Origin: Podospora anserina
Lineage: Eukaryota
Length of the DNA stretch: 64,000 nucleotides
Direction of reading: 5' to 3'
Assembly: GCA_017654855.1 (NCBI GenBank)
Contig: CM030332.1
Location: forward strand, 5,394,001-5,458,000
Part shown: positions 1-12,543 of the stretch, one piece after another
Layout: every line of letters begins with the position of its first letter
Position numbering within the stretch: position 1 is the first letter of the stretch
The notes under the pieces: model-generated
Database searches by the model: none
The model's input: the letters and a program-made list of their open reading frames with translations, nothing else
What the model was told of the DNA's origin: nothing
Made by a program: the position numbers and the translations under genes

Positions 1-1
1 T

Positions 2-574
2 TGGACTGCTTCGAAGGAGGAGCTCGAGAAGACGGGCCTGTCAGGCAATGACATGGTTGCGAACCCGGTCAAGAGGATCCAGTTTGTTGTCGAAGGCAAG
101 CCGAGAACCAACAAGAACGGTGGCTTCCGAAGAGCACTCGCACGCGGCAACCCGTCCAAAGCCTCTCAAGCGAATGGGAACGGCTCCGGCTTTGGAAACG
201 GCTCCGGAAACGGCTACAGGAACTCACAGGACGTGCGGACGGATGCACCGGTTGTCAATGGTACCACTAGAGGGCCTCGTGGGCGGGGAGGATTTCGTGG
301 GTCGTTTGGGGGACCTCCCAGGGGTTCTTTGGGAGGCGGCCGCGGGGGCTTCAATGGCAACACCAATGGTTCACCCAGCCCTGCGGCAAACCAGGGCAAT
401 GGGATCTTGGCGCCCGGTTATGGAAGAGGCCGAGGCGGCGGCAGACGTGGTGGAGGTGGTGGTTATGGTGCACCTCCCCGGGGAGGCGGCCAAAATGGGT
501 ATTTTACTCCAGCCAAGATGCCTCGAGTCAATGGCAGTGGCAATCACGATCAGGTCAATGGCAATCAAGTTTAG
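2..574 (+). CDS. 3' end of a gene entering from the left; RGG/Gly-Asn-rich low-complexity C-terminus (probable RNA-binding protein)
   Basis: Frame open from base 2 (WTASKEELEKTGLSGNDMVANPVKRIQFVVEGKP...) to TAG at 572-574; many RGG/GRGG motifs; family not recognisable from this fragment. Confidence 0.6.
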   Translation, partial: WTASKEELEKTGLSGNDMVANPVKRIQFVVEGKPRTNKNGGFRRALARGNPSKASQANGNGSGFGNGSGNGYRNSQDVRTDAPVVNGTTRGPRGRGGFRGSFGGPPRGSLGGGRGGFNGNTNGSPSPAANQGNGILAPGYGRGRGGGRRGGGGGYGAPPRGGGQNGYFTPAKMPRVNGSGNHDQVNGNQV

Positions 575-1000
575 GAGAGTGAGGTAACGAACGGCTCAAG
601 GATATGGCGATCAGCGATACGGTGCTTGAGGATGGGGGGATTTTTGGGTAGGATGAGAAGGGTTATCGTATAATGCAACAAGGGCCCCCTTATGTAGTTA
701 CCTCTCGTGATGGGAGCAGGCAGCGTCCCGGTCGGCCTCCGAGGGCCCGTCCAAGGGCCCGTCGGGGAAGAAGACGATGAAGGGTATACATTTGCCTGGG
801 GTCTGTTTGCTTGGGTTGGTTGTGGGTTTGGGGGACGGGATTATGGTAAACGAACAGCGGTGTTTTTGTACGATAGGAGCGGTCTTGTAAGTGTTTGTTT
901 GTGACTTTTTTGTTGCTTTGTTGTTTGGTGTTTGTACCGTTTACTTGTGCGTGTGCTTTGGTGTGTTTTGTTGATGTTTTCTAGTTATGGTGCTGCCTCT

Positions 1001-1056
1001 TGTGCTGTCTTTGGTGTTGTCTTTTGTGTTGTCTTTGGTGTTGTCTTTCTGGTGTT
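1001..1056 (+). repeat. 12-bp tandem repeat (TGTTGTCTTTKG-like), about 4 copies
   Basis: tgtgctgtctttggtgttgtcttttgtgttgtctttggtgttgtctttctggtg. Confidence 0.7.
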
Positions 1057-2025
1057 TTCCTGTAGTGTTGCTCTCCTGTTGGGTCGTCTTGCCCGAGTGT
1101 GTTGTTTTAGGCTGTCATATTCATGGAGAACTTTTTTTTCTTTCTATTGTGGCATGCTCTCTGTCGCAATTTTGTTGAAAAATAAAACCAGGACCGGCGG
1201 CGGCACCGCAGATGTACCATACCCAAGTGCTGAAAATGCGTGGGGGATTGGGTGTGACCACCTGCAGGGAAATGGAAGAAGAAGAAATGGAGGAAGAGGA
1301 CGAGGAATCCGAGAGAGGCGGAGAAAATAGGGGGAGTAGTGGATGACGGGTCTACAAGGAAAATGAGAAGAAAGGGGGGTGGGTTGAGAAGGGGGTTGAG
1401 ATGGGGACAATGATATGGATCTGATTTGTGTTGATTTGGGTATTCTTGTGGGTGTGTCTTCTGGGTCTTTTGTTTTCTCGACTTTGGTTTGGTGATGGGT
1501 TTTGGCTATGGAAACACAAGCTACCTGGCGAGCGTTTGAAGGAGGAAACAAAAAAAAAAAGGAAAAGCATAGCCCATGGGGTTTAGGGGTTGTAGGTGTG
1601 ACGGATGGGAGGGAATTTGTCTTTACAGATGATACCCTCTCGTTTGAAGTCTGGCGTGATGCGTGTTTTTTTCATTCGTTTTTTCTTACCTGGGTTGACG
1701 GTTGTCCGGATGCTTGATTTGTGGATTCAATAGTTTTTGTTGGTGGTTTCTTTTCTGGGAACTGACGGTCGAGGGCTTTGGGTGCATCTTCAGGGGACAG
1801 CTAAGAGGAATTGCAAAAGAAACAGCGAAAAGAAACACGTAGTAATGAAAAGAAAAAAGTACAAGAATTACCAATCTTCAAGCAGTGTGATGCCGAGGAT
1901 GACCCCCCTTCCGTATCCATCCCCGCATAAGGGAGGGTTGCCTCTTGTGAGGACCGCAATCACAACTCAACCGAGGTATAATAACAATCCAAGGTACATC
2001 AAGTTGACTTTCATCAATGTCTTTC

Positions 2026-2144
2026 ACATACGACCATACCCAGCTGAAAATACGGGATCCCGTCCGCTCTCCCATCGTCAAGCAGTTGAGGGTCGAATCA
2101 GTACTCAGGTGGGTGACCACTGGGGAATCCTCGATGTTGTATGT
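2026..2144 (+). rRNA. 5S rRNA (dispersed copy, variant 1)
   Basis: 119 nt ACATACGACCATA...GGGATCCCGTCCGCTCTCCC...AGTACTCAGGTGGGTGACCACTGGGGAATCC...TTGTATGT followed by a T run; ends pair as helix I. Confidence 0.96.
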
Positions 2145-3008
2145 TTTGTTATCTCCAAGTTCCTTGACTCCTTTTTGCTGGGGTATGAAGATTTTGACGT
2201 TGGTGTTGATGAAAAGGAAGTGATTATTGGTGGGCTTTTTGTTGGTAGTTGGTGGATGTATAGGTAGTCTCTGGAGACCCAATCGCCCGAGCAAGAGTTG
2301 GAGAATGAAATTGAGGTTTGGGTGAGCGGAGAACGATGCGGTTAGTAGTATATGTGCCAAGCGGATCTACCAAGTCTGGATGTCTTAGACCGCCTTGGCC
2401 AAGTTTCCCTGTCCTTCCGGTTCTCGTTGGCGTCGGGGGTCGGAAGGCGCTCGGCAGTTATGGGCCTTGTACATGGGTTTTCCCCAGAAATCGGTCTGGG
2501 GTACATGCTCTTCCAGGTTCTTGGGGCCTTGATGGTTGTCAACCCAACCTCCAGTGCAGCTGGAAGAATACCAGGTAGCCTTGTTGCCATCACACACTTC
2601 CCTGATACCAGAGGACGTCTTGGTCTGGGTGAAACAGCGCAAGATTGTATGCCTTTGTTTCTGAACGCCGTGCATCCCGACTTGTCTCCTGATGATTCCG
2701 GTGGCCGCTACAATACCCGCGATATTGAACACTGCCAAGGACCGTTGACATTGTGGCTGCGGCATCTAAGATGATGCTTCTTGTTTCTGTCCGTTATTGG
2801 AGCATCTGCCGCTGTCTAGCTGTGGAGGTGCCACAGTCCAAGGCATGTGAGCAGGGGCCGGGGGCAGCAAAACGCGGGGAAAAGATCAAGCGGGAGGCGC
2901 CGCGCCGGTAGTTCGGTGGATCTCGACCCAGGGTCTGGTGGGGGGTTAAGACTGAGCTGGCATAGCTTGCGAAGCTAGCTTGGGCCGAGGCTCTGATCTG
3001 ATGACTAG

Positions 3009-3072
3009 GAAGATGTTAAGAGACATGGAAGATGTTAAGAGGCATGGAAGATGTTAAGAGGCATGGAAGATG
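3009..3072 (+). repeat. 19-bp tandem repeat GAAGATGTTAAGAGRCATG, 3 copies plus a partial
   Basis: Units at 3009-3027, 3028-3046, 3047-3065, partial 3066-3072. Confidence 0.9.
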
Positions 3073-4235
3073 GTTGAAACAGACAAGGCGTCAGCAAAGA
3101 AGAAACAGAGCTTCTAAAGATACTTGAAACTGACGCTATAGGGGCACTCGAGGAAAAGAAGAAACAATTGAGGCTCTTGAAACTCCCGCAGAGGCTCCAA
3201 GTAAAGAAAAGAAAAGAAAAGAAAAGAAAGCATAAAGATGCTGATAGACCGTAGGTAGAAAATCCCGAGGTCGATTTGGAGCCTCAGGTTGCCAAGGTGA
3301 GCGACCAACCACGAGAATAGCCAAGAGAGACAGCAAACGTCGAACCTGGAGATAGTGCTGTTGTTCGAACTAGGCCGAGGCTTGAAGAGTGCATCTATGT
3401 ACATAGATTTTGGAGATTGCTAAAGGTTGAAGTGCTATTGGTGTGTCAGTCAGGTAAGGTAATGCTACTCTCAGCATGCGGAATCAGGTCCGGCGGGAGC
3501 CTTACTGGAAGCCAAGGCCGCAGTCACGCTTAACCCAATTAGTCAAAAGTCGCGAGAGCTGGCATTTTGGCTCGGTGCCTCGGTCTGTTGGCTTGGGGAA
3601 GGGGCTGTCAAACACGCCCAGGCACCCGGACTCGAAACAGTGTGTCAGGTATGGCACATATTCTGGGATTCTGGGTGCGGCCAAGCACACCGTTGTCACC
3701 CCTACCTCCCCGATGCCGATCCTGGGGGTGGCTCCACACCTGGCGTTGGATAATGCGGGGAATGCCTGTCTGGAGCTGCAGGGGCCCACTCCAACAGTCC
3801 CTAGCTTGGGGAAAGGGGAGGTGGCTGCCACGAGGAAAAGACATCAAGGTGCTGGCAAAGCTGGAAACTGTTCGAGAGAGAAACAAAACACCGGCGATAT
3901 TGGTTTGGGAAGGAGGGCAGCAAAGCCCTTCATCTCAGACTGGGTAATTCTCCAAGTGGTGGATCTCAATGTCTAGGGCCTTGTCACGGAGCTTGGAAAC
4001 AGAAGCCATGCAGAAACTGGTTAGATTTGCGAGAGCATCGAAACAACATGAAGGACTTCACCGAACTTCAGACGACACATCGTCTATAAGAAGGAGATGA
4101 CTTCCTGCCTTCATCAACCTTTTCTTTTTCCAGACTCAAGCACTCGAGCAGTTCTCGGATCATCCTCAGCCTCATCAGCCTACCAGCCTCAGCCCACCGG
4201 CCTTTACTCGCCTTCAGCACCGCAACATCTTCAAA

Positions 4236-5031
<796 letters not shown>

Positions 5032-5667
5032 ATCCTTGGCAAATGATTCGAATACAGAGAATTCGGAGGTGGACTGATATGAGCTGGGGATGCCGGGGCA
5101 TGGGCTGTGGCGATATGGACGGATGATCGCGGCGGCTTCACAAAGATATCTTTGGCATTTTGGATCTTTTCGGAGGACTTCTCATGTAGATACACGATCG
5201 CTTTGTATGTACATAGGCTTTATGTTTGGCTTATCTTTGAGTGGGAGGAGACATGAGAGGGGATGTCTCAAGGGCTTGGGCAAGTTTTAGGCAACGGCTT
5301 TAGGCCATTATGAGGATTGAACTCGAGTTTTGCTCTTTGACTTCTTGGTATGACTTCCAGGGTGCCTTTGTTTGTATCTAAGACAGATCTGCCATTTCCA
5401 TAGACAATAGGGTGTTATCAAGGGTGAACAAAACAGTCTACCCGTTGACTAAGACACCAAGTGATCATCCCCACTTGGACTTTGTGTCAAACTCAACCCT
5501 CTACTTTGTCTTTTTGCCCATTGTTTCGTTTCAACATAATCCTCAAGGAACCCACTCATCTCTATGGCAAAGAGAAGTGACTGGCCGGCCTCTTGTGCTT
5601 TCTCGCCCACCGCCCCCCCCCCCTCCAGGCCGGCTCGATCAACACAGAATAACCTTCAAATTACATA

Positions 5668-5672
5668 TATAA
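5668..5672 (+). promoter_or_regulatory. TATA element at -29 of 5S copy 2
   Basis: TATAA starts 29 nt upstream of the 5S start, the position described for Neurospora 5S genes. Confidence 0.7.
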
Positions 5673-5696
5673 TGCCCCAACTTTGCCTATTCTTTC

Positions 5697-5815
5697 ACAT
5701 ACGACCATATCCAGTTGAAAGCTCGGGATCCCGTCCGCTCTCCCCTAGATAAGCAGCTGAGAGCCGAACTAGTACTCAGGTGGGTGACCACTGGGGAATC
5801 CTCGGTGTTGTATGT
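5697..5815 (+). rRNA. 5S rRNA (dispersed copy, variant 2)
   Basis: 119-nt 5S sequence followed by a T run (Pol III terminator). Confidence 0.97.
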
Positions 5816-6699
5816 TTTTGCTCTTTGTTTCTTTTTTATCTTACTTTTAACGTTATTTTTGAGTATATTGATAATCCTTTTCTGCTCAGGGATTGTAGAA
5901 GTGGTGTTTGTCGGTTGTTGAGGTTGGTGTTGTGGAGTCTGATTGGTCAGAAACAACACTCCTCAAGATAAACCTCCCAAGCACTGGGTTATCTCTCAGG
6001 ATGTTCTTTCTTTCCTGGCTCGCTACTTCTCGTTCAGCCTCAATATCTTTGCGACGGCTGATGCGGTAGGTGACTTCAGAGCCATGCGGTTTCTAAGGCA
6101 GAGCTTGCAGTGGCCAAGTCAGCAGCAATGGCCAAATTTCGGGCGACAGACCTGATTTTCCCGCGTTCTTTCCCCGTTCAGAGTTTCGGAAAAAAGTCTT
6201 CAGTTTGGTCTGTCAAAGCCCAGAATTAATCGCCTGTCGTCGTACAAGACGGCCCTCAAAGAATTAAATGTGAAATTCCAGCCTTGTGGACAAAAGCTAT
6301 CCGGACGAAGCTGCATCCGTCAATATGTAAGGTAGGTAGCTTGCAGGTCAGCGAGGATGGTGTATGGGACCTTGTGCTTACGTTGGACAGAACCGAGATA
6401 GGAAGCTGGACATGAAGCAGGCAGTTATAGTTGGTTGATGCAACCCATTGAGGCGTGCCGCCGTCTTGGCTTGCTGCTCGGGGACCATTGCGGCTCGGGG
6501 ACCATTGCGGCTGAAAGCCCAATGTGTAGACATAATCAAGATACCTACCTTATCTACGTTAACAGGGCCTTAAAATACCTACATTTACAAGGGCCAATCC
6601 TCATTCTTTGCTATCTTTCCACATTCTCAGGGATAAAAGTTGACGCAGACATAGCGTACGCAAAGCTTCAAACTTGATACCTGACCTTGTTTACATGAA

Positions 6700-9600
6700 A
6701 TGGCCACCAAACCAACAATCGTCACAGAGGTCAACGTTCTTGTTGACCCTGAAGATGCCAACATAGAGTATGAAACCCCTCCGTTCGTTTCAGTCTTGTT
6801 CAATAGAGAGATAGAGTATCTAACCCGAAAACAGCATCGTGGCAATCCCTGGCCTTGGTGCCAACCCAGTTAAGAGCTGGATGTGGGACGAGAAGGACGA
6901 AAAAAGCTTCAACTGGCTGAAGGATAAAGAGGGTATCAAAAAGGACTTTCCACAGGCCCGCATCATGCTCTACCACTACGCCTCGGCCTATCAGGGTACC
7001 TTCAAGGTTAGGCAATACATGAGCAATATTGCAGATACCATGCTTGTCAGCCTGAAGCAGCGGAGAGAAGTACGGTGATGTTTACCTCAGATGTTCCTTC
7101 CCGTCCACTGACCAAAATACCTAGGAGCCCAAGGAATGCCGCCGTCGGCCAATCGTATTGATTGGGCACAGCATGGGAGGTCTTGTGGCGGCCAAGGTTT
7201 TGACATTGGCCGAACAGCGCCGCGACAAATTTCCCGATGTGTACGAGGGAATTGTGGGAATCTTGACATTCGGTACACCTTTCGGTGGTGCTCCAGTTGC
7301 GGACATTGCCACAGAATGGACCAAGCTCAACGAGCACACGGGCAAGGCCATCACATCCAAGCTTCTTGACCTGCTGACGCCAGGGAACGAAAATTTGCGC
7401 GATTTGAAGCATGATTTCGTACGATCTGCCATGAAGCTTGACCAGAAAGTCGACCTCCATTGCTTCTGGGAGCAGAACGAGACACGCTGGGACAAGGTGA
7501 TGGAGAAGTTGGCTCCTACTGACTTCCCTATCTCAACCCTGGAGAAGCTCAAGCTCAGAGTGAGTAATGGTACTTCGGTTGGGGCTGGAATGTAAGGGGT
7601 ATAGGCTAACATCAGGCATCCAGGAATATCGAGAGTTCGTAGGCAGAGAGTCGGCCACTCTGCCTGGGGCATCCGAGACCGGGCTGACACGCACACACAG
7701 GGATCTTGTCCGTTTTGAAAGCTGCAAAGACTCACAGTACCAATTGGTGCGAGCAGCCTTGAAGAGTATTGTTCATAGCGCAGCGCGCAACGCCAAAGGT
7801 CGTTTCAACTGCATGCGCCAATTCAGCATCAAACCAGAAACACACAAAGCCGTGATTGATGCCCTCGACGGCGCTGACGTGCAAAGGAAGTTCAGATCAC
7901 TCTCGCAGCGGCTCGCTTCTGACTCATGGATCCTCTCAGAGCCGGAATTTCAGGATTGGATGGATAGCAAGAGCAAAACCGACGACTTTCTCTGGATATA
8001 CGGTGGGGAGGGGAAAGGGAAAACGCCTGCTGCCACAGCCGTGGTCAAAAGCGTCGAGTCGACAATTTGCAAGGAGAAGATGGAATCCTCGGACCGGGCT
8101 CCAACTTTGTTGGCATACTTCTTCTGCGACCAAATCCCGGACTTTTGCACGGCCGAGGATGTGGTCAAATCTCTGCTCTGGCAACTCTGCGTTCATCAAG
8201 ACAATCTTGCCAATTATGCCAAACAGTTCATCCCCAGGGCCCCGAGCGAACATGGCGGCAGCAACGGCAGCAACAACAGCACCGCGCTCGGCATCGAGAA
8301 TCTCTGCCAGAGTCTGCGAGACATGCTCACCGAGAGCACTATTGGAACTGTGTACTTCGTCATCTGCAACCTCCACGAGCTCCCAGAGGAGGAGGACTCA
8401 ACCAAGAAGCTCTTATCCTTCGTGCAGTCGCTCATCGATTCACCTCAGCTCCAAGCTGACAAGCGCGTCCGTACCAAGTGGCTGTTCGCAACCAGGGACA
8501 GGATATCCATTCGAAGAGTGCTTGGATCAAGCGATGTGGTTCGCCAGATCAATCTCAACGATTCAGAAAAGTACGGAGACAAAGTTAAACTCGAGCTGCA
8601 GCGACATGCCTGGAGCAAGGTCGACGGTCTGCGTGAGCAGAAAGGCTACAACAAGGCAATCACCTACTTCGCCGGCAGTGTTATTGGTAACCGTGCCGAG
8701 AGCACCAAGTGGATTGACGTGGCGATTGTGCAGCTAGCAGCGCTTCCGGCCGAGTCTAATGATATCAAGGTCCGGAAGATGCTAGAGCGTGTGCCGCAAG
8801 ACTTTGCGACACTTTTGGATCATGCCTGGCGCTCGGTGCGTTATTCCTAGAATGAAAATGACCATCAAATGCTGATTCGTCATCACACCTTAGATACTCA
8901 GACCAAACGAGGAAGGCCTCGATGCCATCAAGGAGCTCCTCCGCGCCCTTGTATTGACATACGAAGACCCCACGGAGAGCGAGCTGTTAGTGCTTGCCGG
9001 ACTGCCAGCTGGTGAAGCAAAACACAAGGAGGAACTTTTCAAGACGATACAAAAGTGCAGACCCTTACTCACGCTTCGAAAGTCCGGTGACGAGGCTCGG
9101 ATCGGCTTCGTCAACGCCGATGTCAAAAAGCACCTCCACAAGAACTCCAACAAGCTTCTCGATCTTCCCGAGGATGCCATTCAGCTCCAGCACGGAATTC
9201 TTGCCCTGCGATGCTTTTCGCATATCATGGATAACTTGACTGCAGCACTTCAGTCCACAATAGTTGCCAAGTCTCCTACGTCCAGCCAGAGTCAACAGAC
9301 TCAACACCAGCCAGTTGCCATGCAAGGGCCCGTCACTGCTGCCGGTCCTGGTGTTTCCGGGGCTCCTGATATCGGTGATGATACTGAAGATGAAGAGATC
9401 GAGTTCGATTTCGATGATGACGAGAGTACTGACTTGGACTCAACTGCCCAAGCACCGGATACACCTCAGCAAGCACCAATTCTGCCGTATGCAACGAGAT
9501 ATTGGCTACAGCATGCGAGTGAGGCCACCAGAGATATCGCGGAAAGGCTCAGCTTGGAAAAGGCATTCTGGGAGCCAGACTCGGAGATTCGCCACTTGTG

Positions 9601-11470
9601 GCTGACGGAGTTTGAGAGACTTACAGGCGCCTTTGACGGCTTGGTCGTCGATAAGCGCCTGAAAGCACTACATGTGGCCGCATCGGTTGGGTTTCCTCGA
9701 CTGGTCGCGTCGTTGCTCAAGGCAGGGTATGATAAGGAAGTGAACGAATACGATACGTATGACAACGCACCCGTAGGTTTTTTCTTCGAACCCTCAACCT
9801 GCTCCAGTTCTTGGAAAAAAACGACTAACATAGCACACAGCTCCACTTGGCTGCCCTCTTCGGCAAGGCAGATATCATCGAGCAGTTGCTTGAGGTCAAG
9901 AGTGTCAAACTCGATGACGCCGGCAAAAACAGTTCAGCGTGTACCCCTCTTTCGATGGCCGCCGCGGGCGGCAAGATTCTCGTGATGAAGAAGCTCATCA
10001 GTAAAGGGGCCAATGTCAATTCAGTCGATGTTGACATAGGTCCAGTCATCAACGCGGCTATTCTGTCCGGCAACAGCGATGCGGTAAAGCTGCTGATCGA
10101 ACACGATGCCAAACTGAACTACCCAGAGCATGAACACGAGGCCTCGGACTGGCCGCCGCCTCTTGCGCTCTCAGCCCTGGTTTCGGACCTGTCCATGTTC
10201 CAAACCATTTTAGACGCCGGGAACGAGGTTCTGAGTGAGGAGGAGTATAGCAAGGCTCTCGTCCTCGCATCCAGATCCGGCCGCGTCGAGATTGTGTCTT
10301 TATTGTTCGAAAACGAGCATGGTCAGGACACCTTTCAGAAGTCCCTCCAAGCCGCTCTCGAGGAAGAAAACTGGGATGTCACCAAGCTTCTTTTGCGCCA
10401 CTCGCAAGATATTCTGGACTGCAACGACGTCTTTGAGAAAGCCTCAACAAGCGTCGAAAGCCTCGAAGACGTGCTAGATGAAATATGGAGGCATAGGCAA
10501 GGCCAGATCGACCAGGAAATCCTCAACAGATGCCTATATACGGCCACCGATAACGAGAAGGAGAATACCGTCAAGGCTCTCTTGAGGATGGGTGCTGATC
10601 CAAACGCGGAAGGCGCTTTGTAAGGCACTATCATCTGCCCCTGGTTCCACGCCGATGCTAATAAGAAGCTACATAGATTTGGCAATGCGCTCACTGCTGC
10701 TGCAAATGACGGAGTCACCACGGATGATGGAAACGTGCCTATTGTGCAAGCCCTTCTCGAGGCCGGTGCTACTGTCACATCTGATTCCGGCTGGGCTCTT
10801 CAAGCCGCGGCCGAGCAAGGCCATCTAGCCGCTGTCAAGCTGCTCCTTGACTACGGAGCCGACATCAACCATTTCAGCGTCCAACACTCATCCGGCACCG
10901 CTCTTCAAGCAGCATGTGACTGCGGGCACGAAGAAGTCGTGGAGTATCTGCTCAGCAAAGGCGCAGACCCAAACAAAGGCGGCGGGCGATATGAGTATCC
11001 GATCATCGTGGCATCGATGCAGCCCAAAATTCTACCTCATCTTCTCGCCGCTCCGGGAATCGAACTCAATGTGGTTGGTGGACCAGGCCACGGGAGCCCG
11101 CTTGTTCACGCCGCAGCCTCGCTACCTGCCGAGTACATTGTACAGCTCATCCAGGCGGGTGCGGATGTAAACATGGTTGATTTAGATGGTGATACACCTC
11201 TCATGGCTGCGGCGTTGGTGGGTGACTATGAATGTGTGAAGCTGCTGCTGGAGCATGGGGCGGACATCATGACCATAAGCCCCAACAGGGGCACCGCTCT
11301 AGAAGTGGCGCTGGAAGAGGGGCACGATGAGTGCATAAAGCTACTGGCGAATAGAGCTGTCTTTATTCAGAGGCAATTGCAGATCTCTGCGGAGCGAGAG
11401 GAAGGGTTGGCATTGGAAATCATTGAACAGGAGAGAGAGAACCGGCGCTACCTCCATCAGCAGCAGCAGC

Positions 11471-11517
<47 letters not shown>

Positions 11518-11709
11518 CGGCAGCAGCAGCAGCGTATTGGTAGCGATTTTGGCCAGCAAGAACCCGAACTCGAGGACCAAATCGGCAGGCTGAGGCTACA
11601 GGACGATGATCACGATGTTGATGTCGACTCCTTGAGTCAGGGCGGCAATGGGAACCCTCACCCCACGACCGGTGAAGAAGAGGACTCTTATCAACAGGGA
11701 AGCTGGTAG
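6700..11709 (+). CDS. Fungal NLR-like STAND protein: N-terminal alpha/beta hydrolase (SesB/PGAP1-like), NACHT, ankyrin repeats, polyQ tail; ~1546 aa; exons 6700-6767, 6835-7069, 7125-7559, 7624-8835, 8894-9772, 9841-10619, 10677-11709
   Basis: Splicing six GT-AG introns gives one uninterrupted frame; DIVAIPGLGA, NWL, GHSMGG, FGTPFGG (hydrolase); WIYGGEGKGKT Walker A, LAYFFC; LPYATRYWLQH; many TPL/ALxAAA...LLxxGADxN ankyrin repeats. Confidence 0.92.
11458..11532 (+). repeat. Coding CAG/CAA trinucleotide repeat (about 20 Gln, Arg, 4 Gln)
   Basis: (CAG)4(CAA)16 CGG (CAG)4 read from the sequence. Confidence 0.92.
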
Positions 11710-11877
11710 TGGGATACGACTAAAGTAGACATGATGGCTGTGTCAAAACACTGGGCTTCTGGCCTAGATATGAGGCTGTCCCCAGGAGTAACTACCAAAG
11801 AACAAGCTTCATGACCCCAGATCCCTCCGAAGTGCAATACAGTAACGGTAAAATCGGCCCATTAACCACACAATACC

Positions 11878-12543
11878 CTACAATTCGAGCTCCTGTGCAT
11901 AACGAATTCCCATAGCAAACATCCAGACCCTCGGATCAACAACAACGTCGTGTTGATCTCTCAGCTCATTGAGCTTGGTCTCCAACTCCCTCAATGGCAC
12001 CTCCCACTCAACCGTAAACTCTCCCTTATCCAACCTCTGCTGCCCCTCTTCCTCCCCATCTTTATCTCTCGCACAAACAAAAACTGCGCTGAGCTTCGCA
12101 GCAATAGGCACCGGCTCCGAGGTCAACAGAGGGCTCGCTGGCCCAATCACCGAGCCTGTCTTGGTAGTTTCCTCTTCCAGCTCCCTCACAGCAGCCTGCT
12201 CGGCCGTCTCGGCCCTGCAGCGGCTTACAAAGCCAGCTGGGAACTCAATCGTGTCGGCTTCGTATTGGGGGCGGAACTGCTGAACCAGGATAGTGCACCA
12301 CCTGCCCCGGGAGTCTCTGTAGATGTTGGGGACCAGCATCCCGACTGGCTGATGCAGGTCAGGGTAATTGCGGAGGAAGACAAAGTCCCGTTCTCGGATC
12401 ACTTCGTCTTTGTCTCTTGGGTCGATGTAAGTGAGAACACCGAGGCCTTGGTACTTGCTACAGGCGATTGGCTTCTTGTCTATGATGTAGGGGGAGCTTG
12501 ACTTGGGCAGTGTTGGTGTGGCCGGAGTTGCTGAGGATGCCAT
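11878..12543 (-). CDS. Nudix hydrolase, divergent Ysa1/NUDT5-like ADP-ribose pyrophosphatase homologue (221 aa from ATG 12543)
   Basis: TYIDP, ILVQQFRP, IEFPAGFV...E-x7-RELEEET Nudix box, LDKGEF, VDPRVWMFAMG; probable 5' UTR intron ~12579-12730. Confidence 0.88.
   Translation of the reverse strand: MASSATPATPTLPKSSSPYIIDKKPIACSKYQGLGVLTYIDPRDKDEVIRERDFVFLRNYPDLHQPVGMLVPNIYRDSRGRWCTILVQQFRPQYEADTIEFPAGFVSRCRAETAEQAAVRELEEETTKTGSVIGPASPLLTSEPVPIAAKLSAVFVCARDKDGEEEGQQRLDKGEFTVEWEVPLRELETKLNELRDQHDVVVDPRVWMFAMGIRYAQELEL

Noticed and set aside
2017..2223. Similar short ORFs at 2017, 5715 and 61715 (KxRDPVRSP...VLRWVTTGESS)
   Set aside because: Translations of the three 5S rRNA genes, not a protein family
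3009..3072. CRISPR-like direct repeats
   Set aside because: Head-to-tail repeat with no spacers, in a eukaryotic genome
3476..3976. 166-aa ORF upstream of the cutinase
   Set aside because: No motifs or codon bias; overlaps the probable cutinase promoter region
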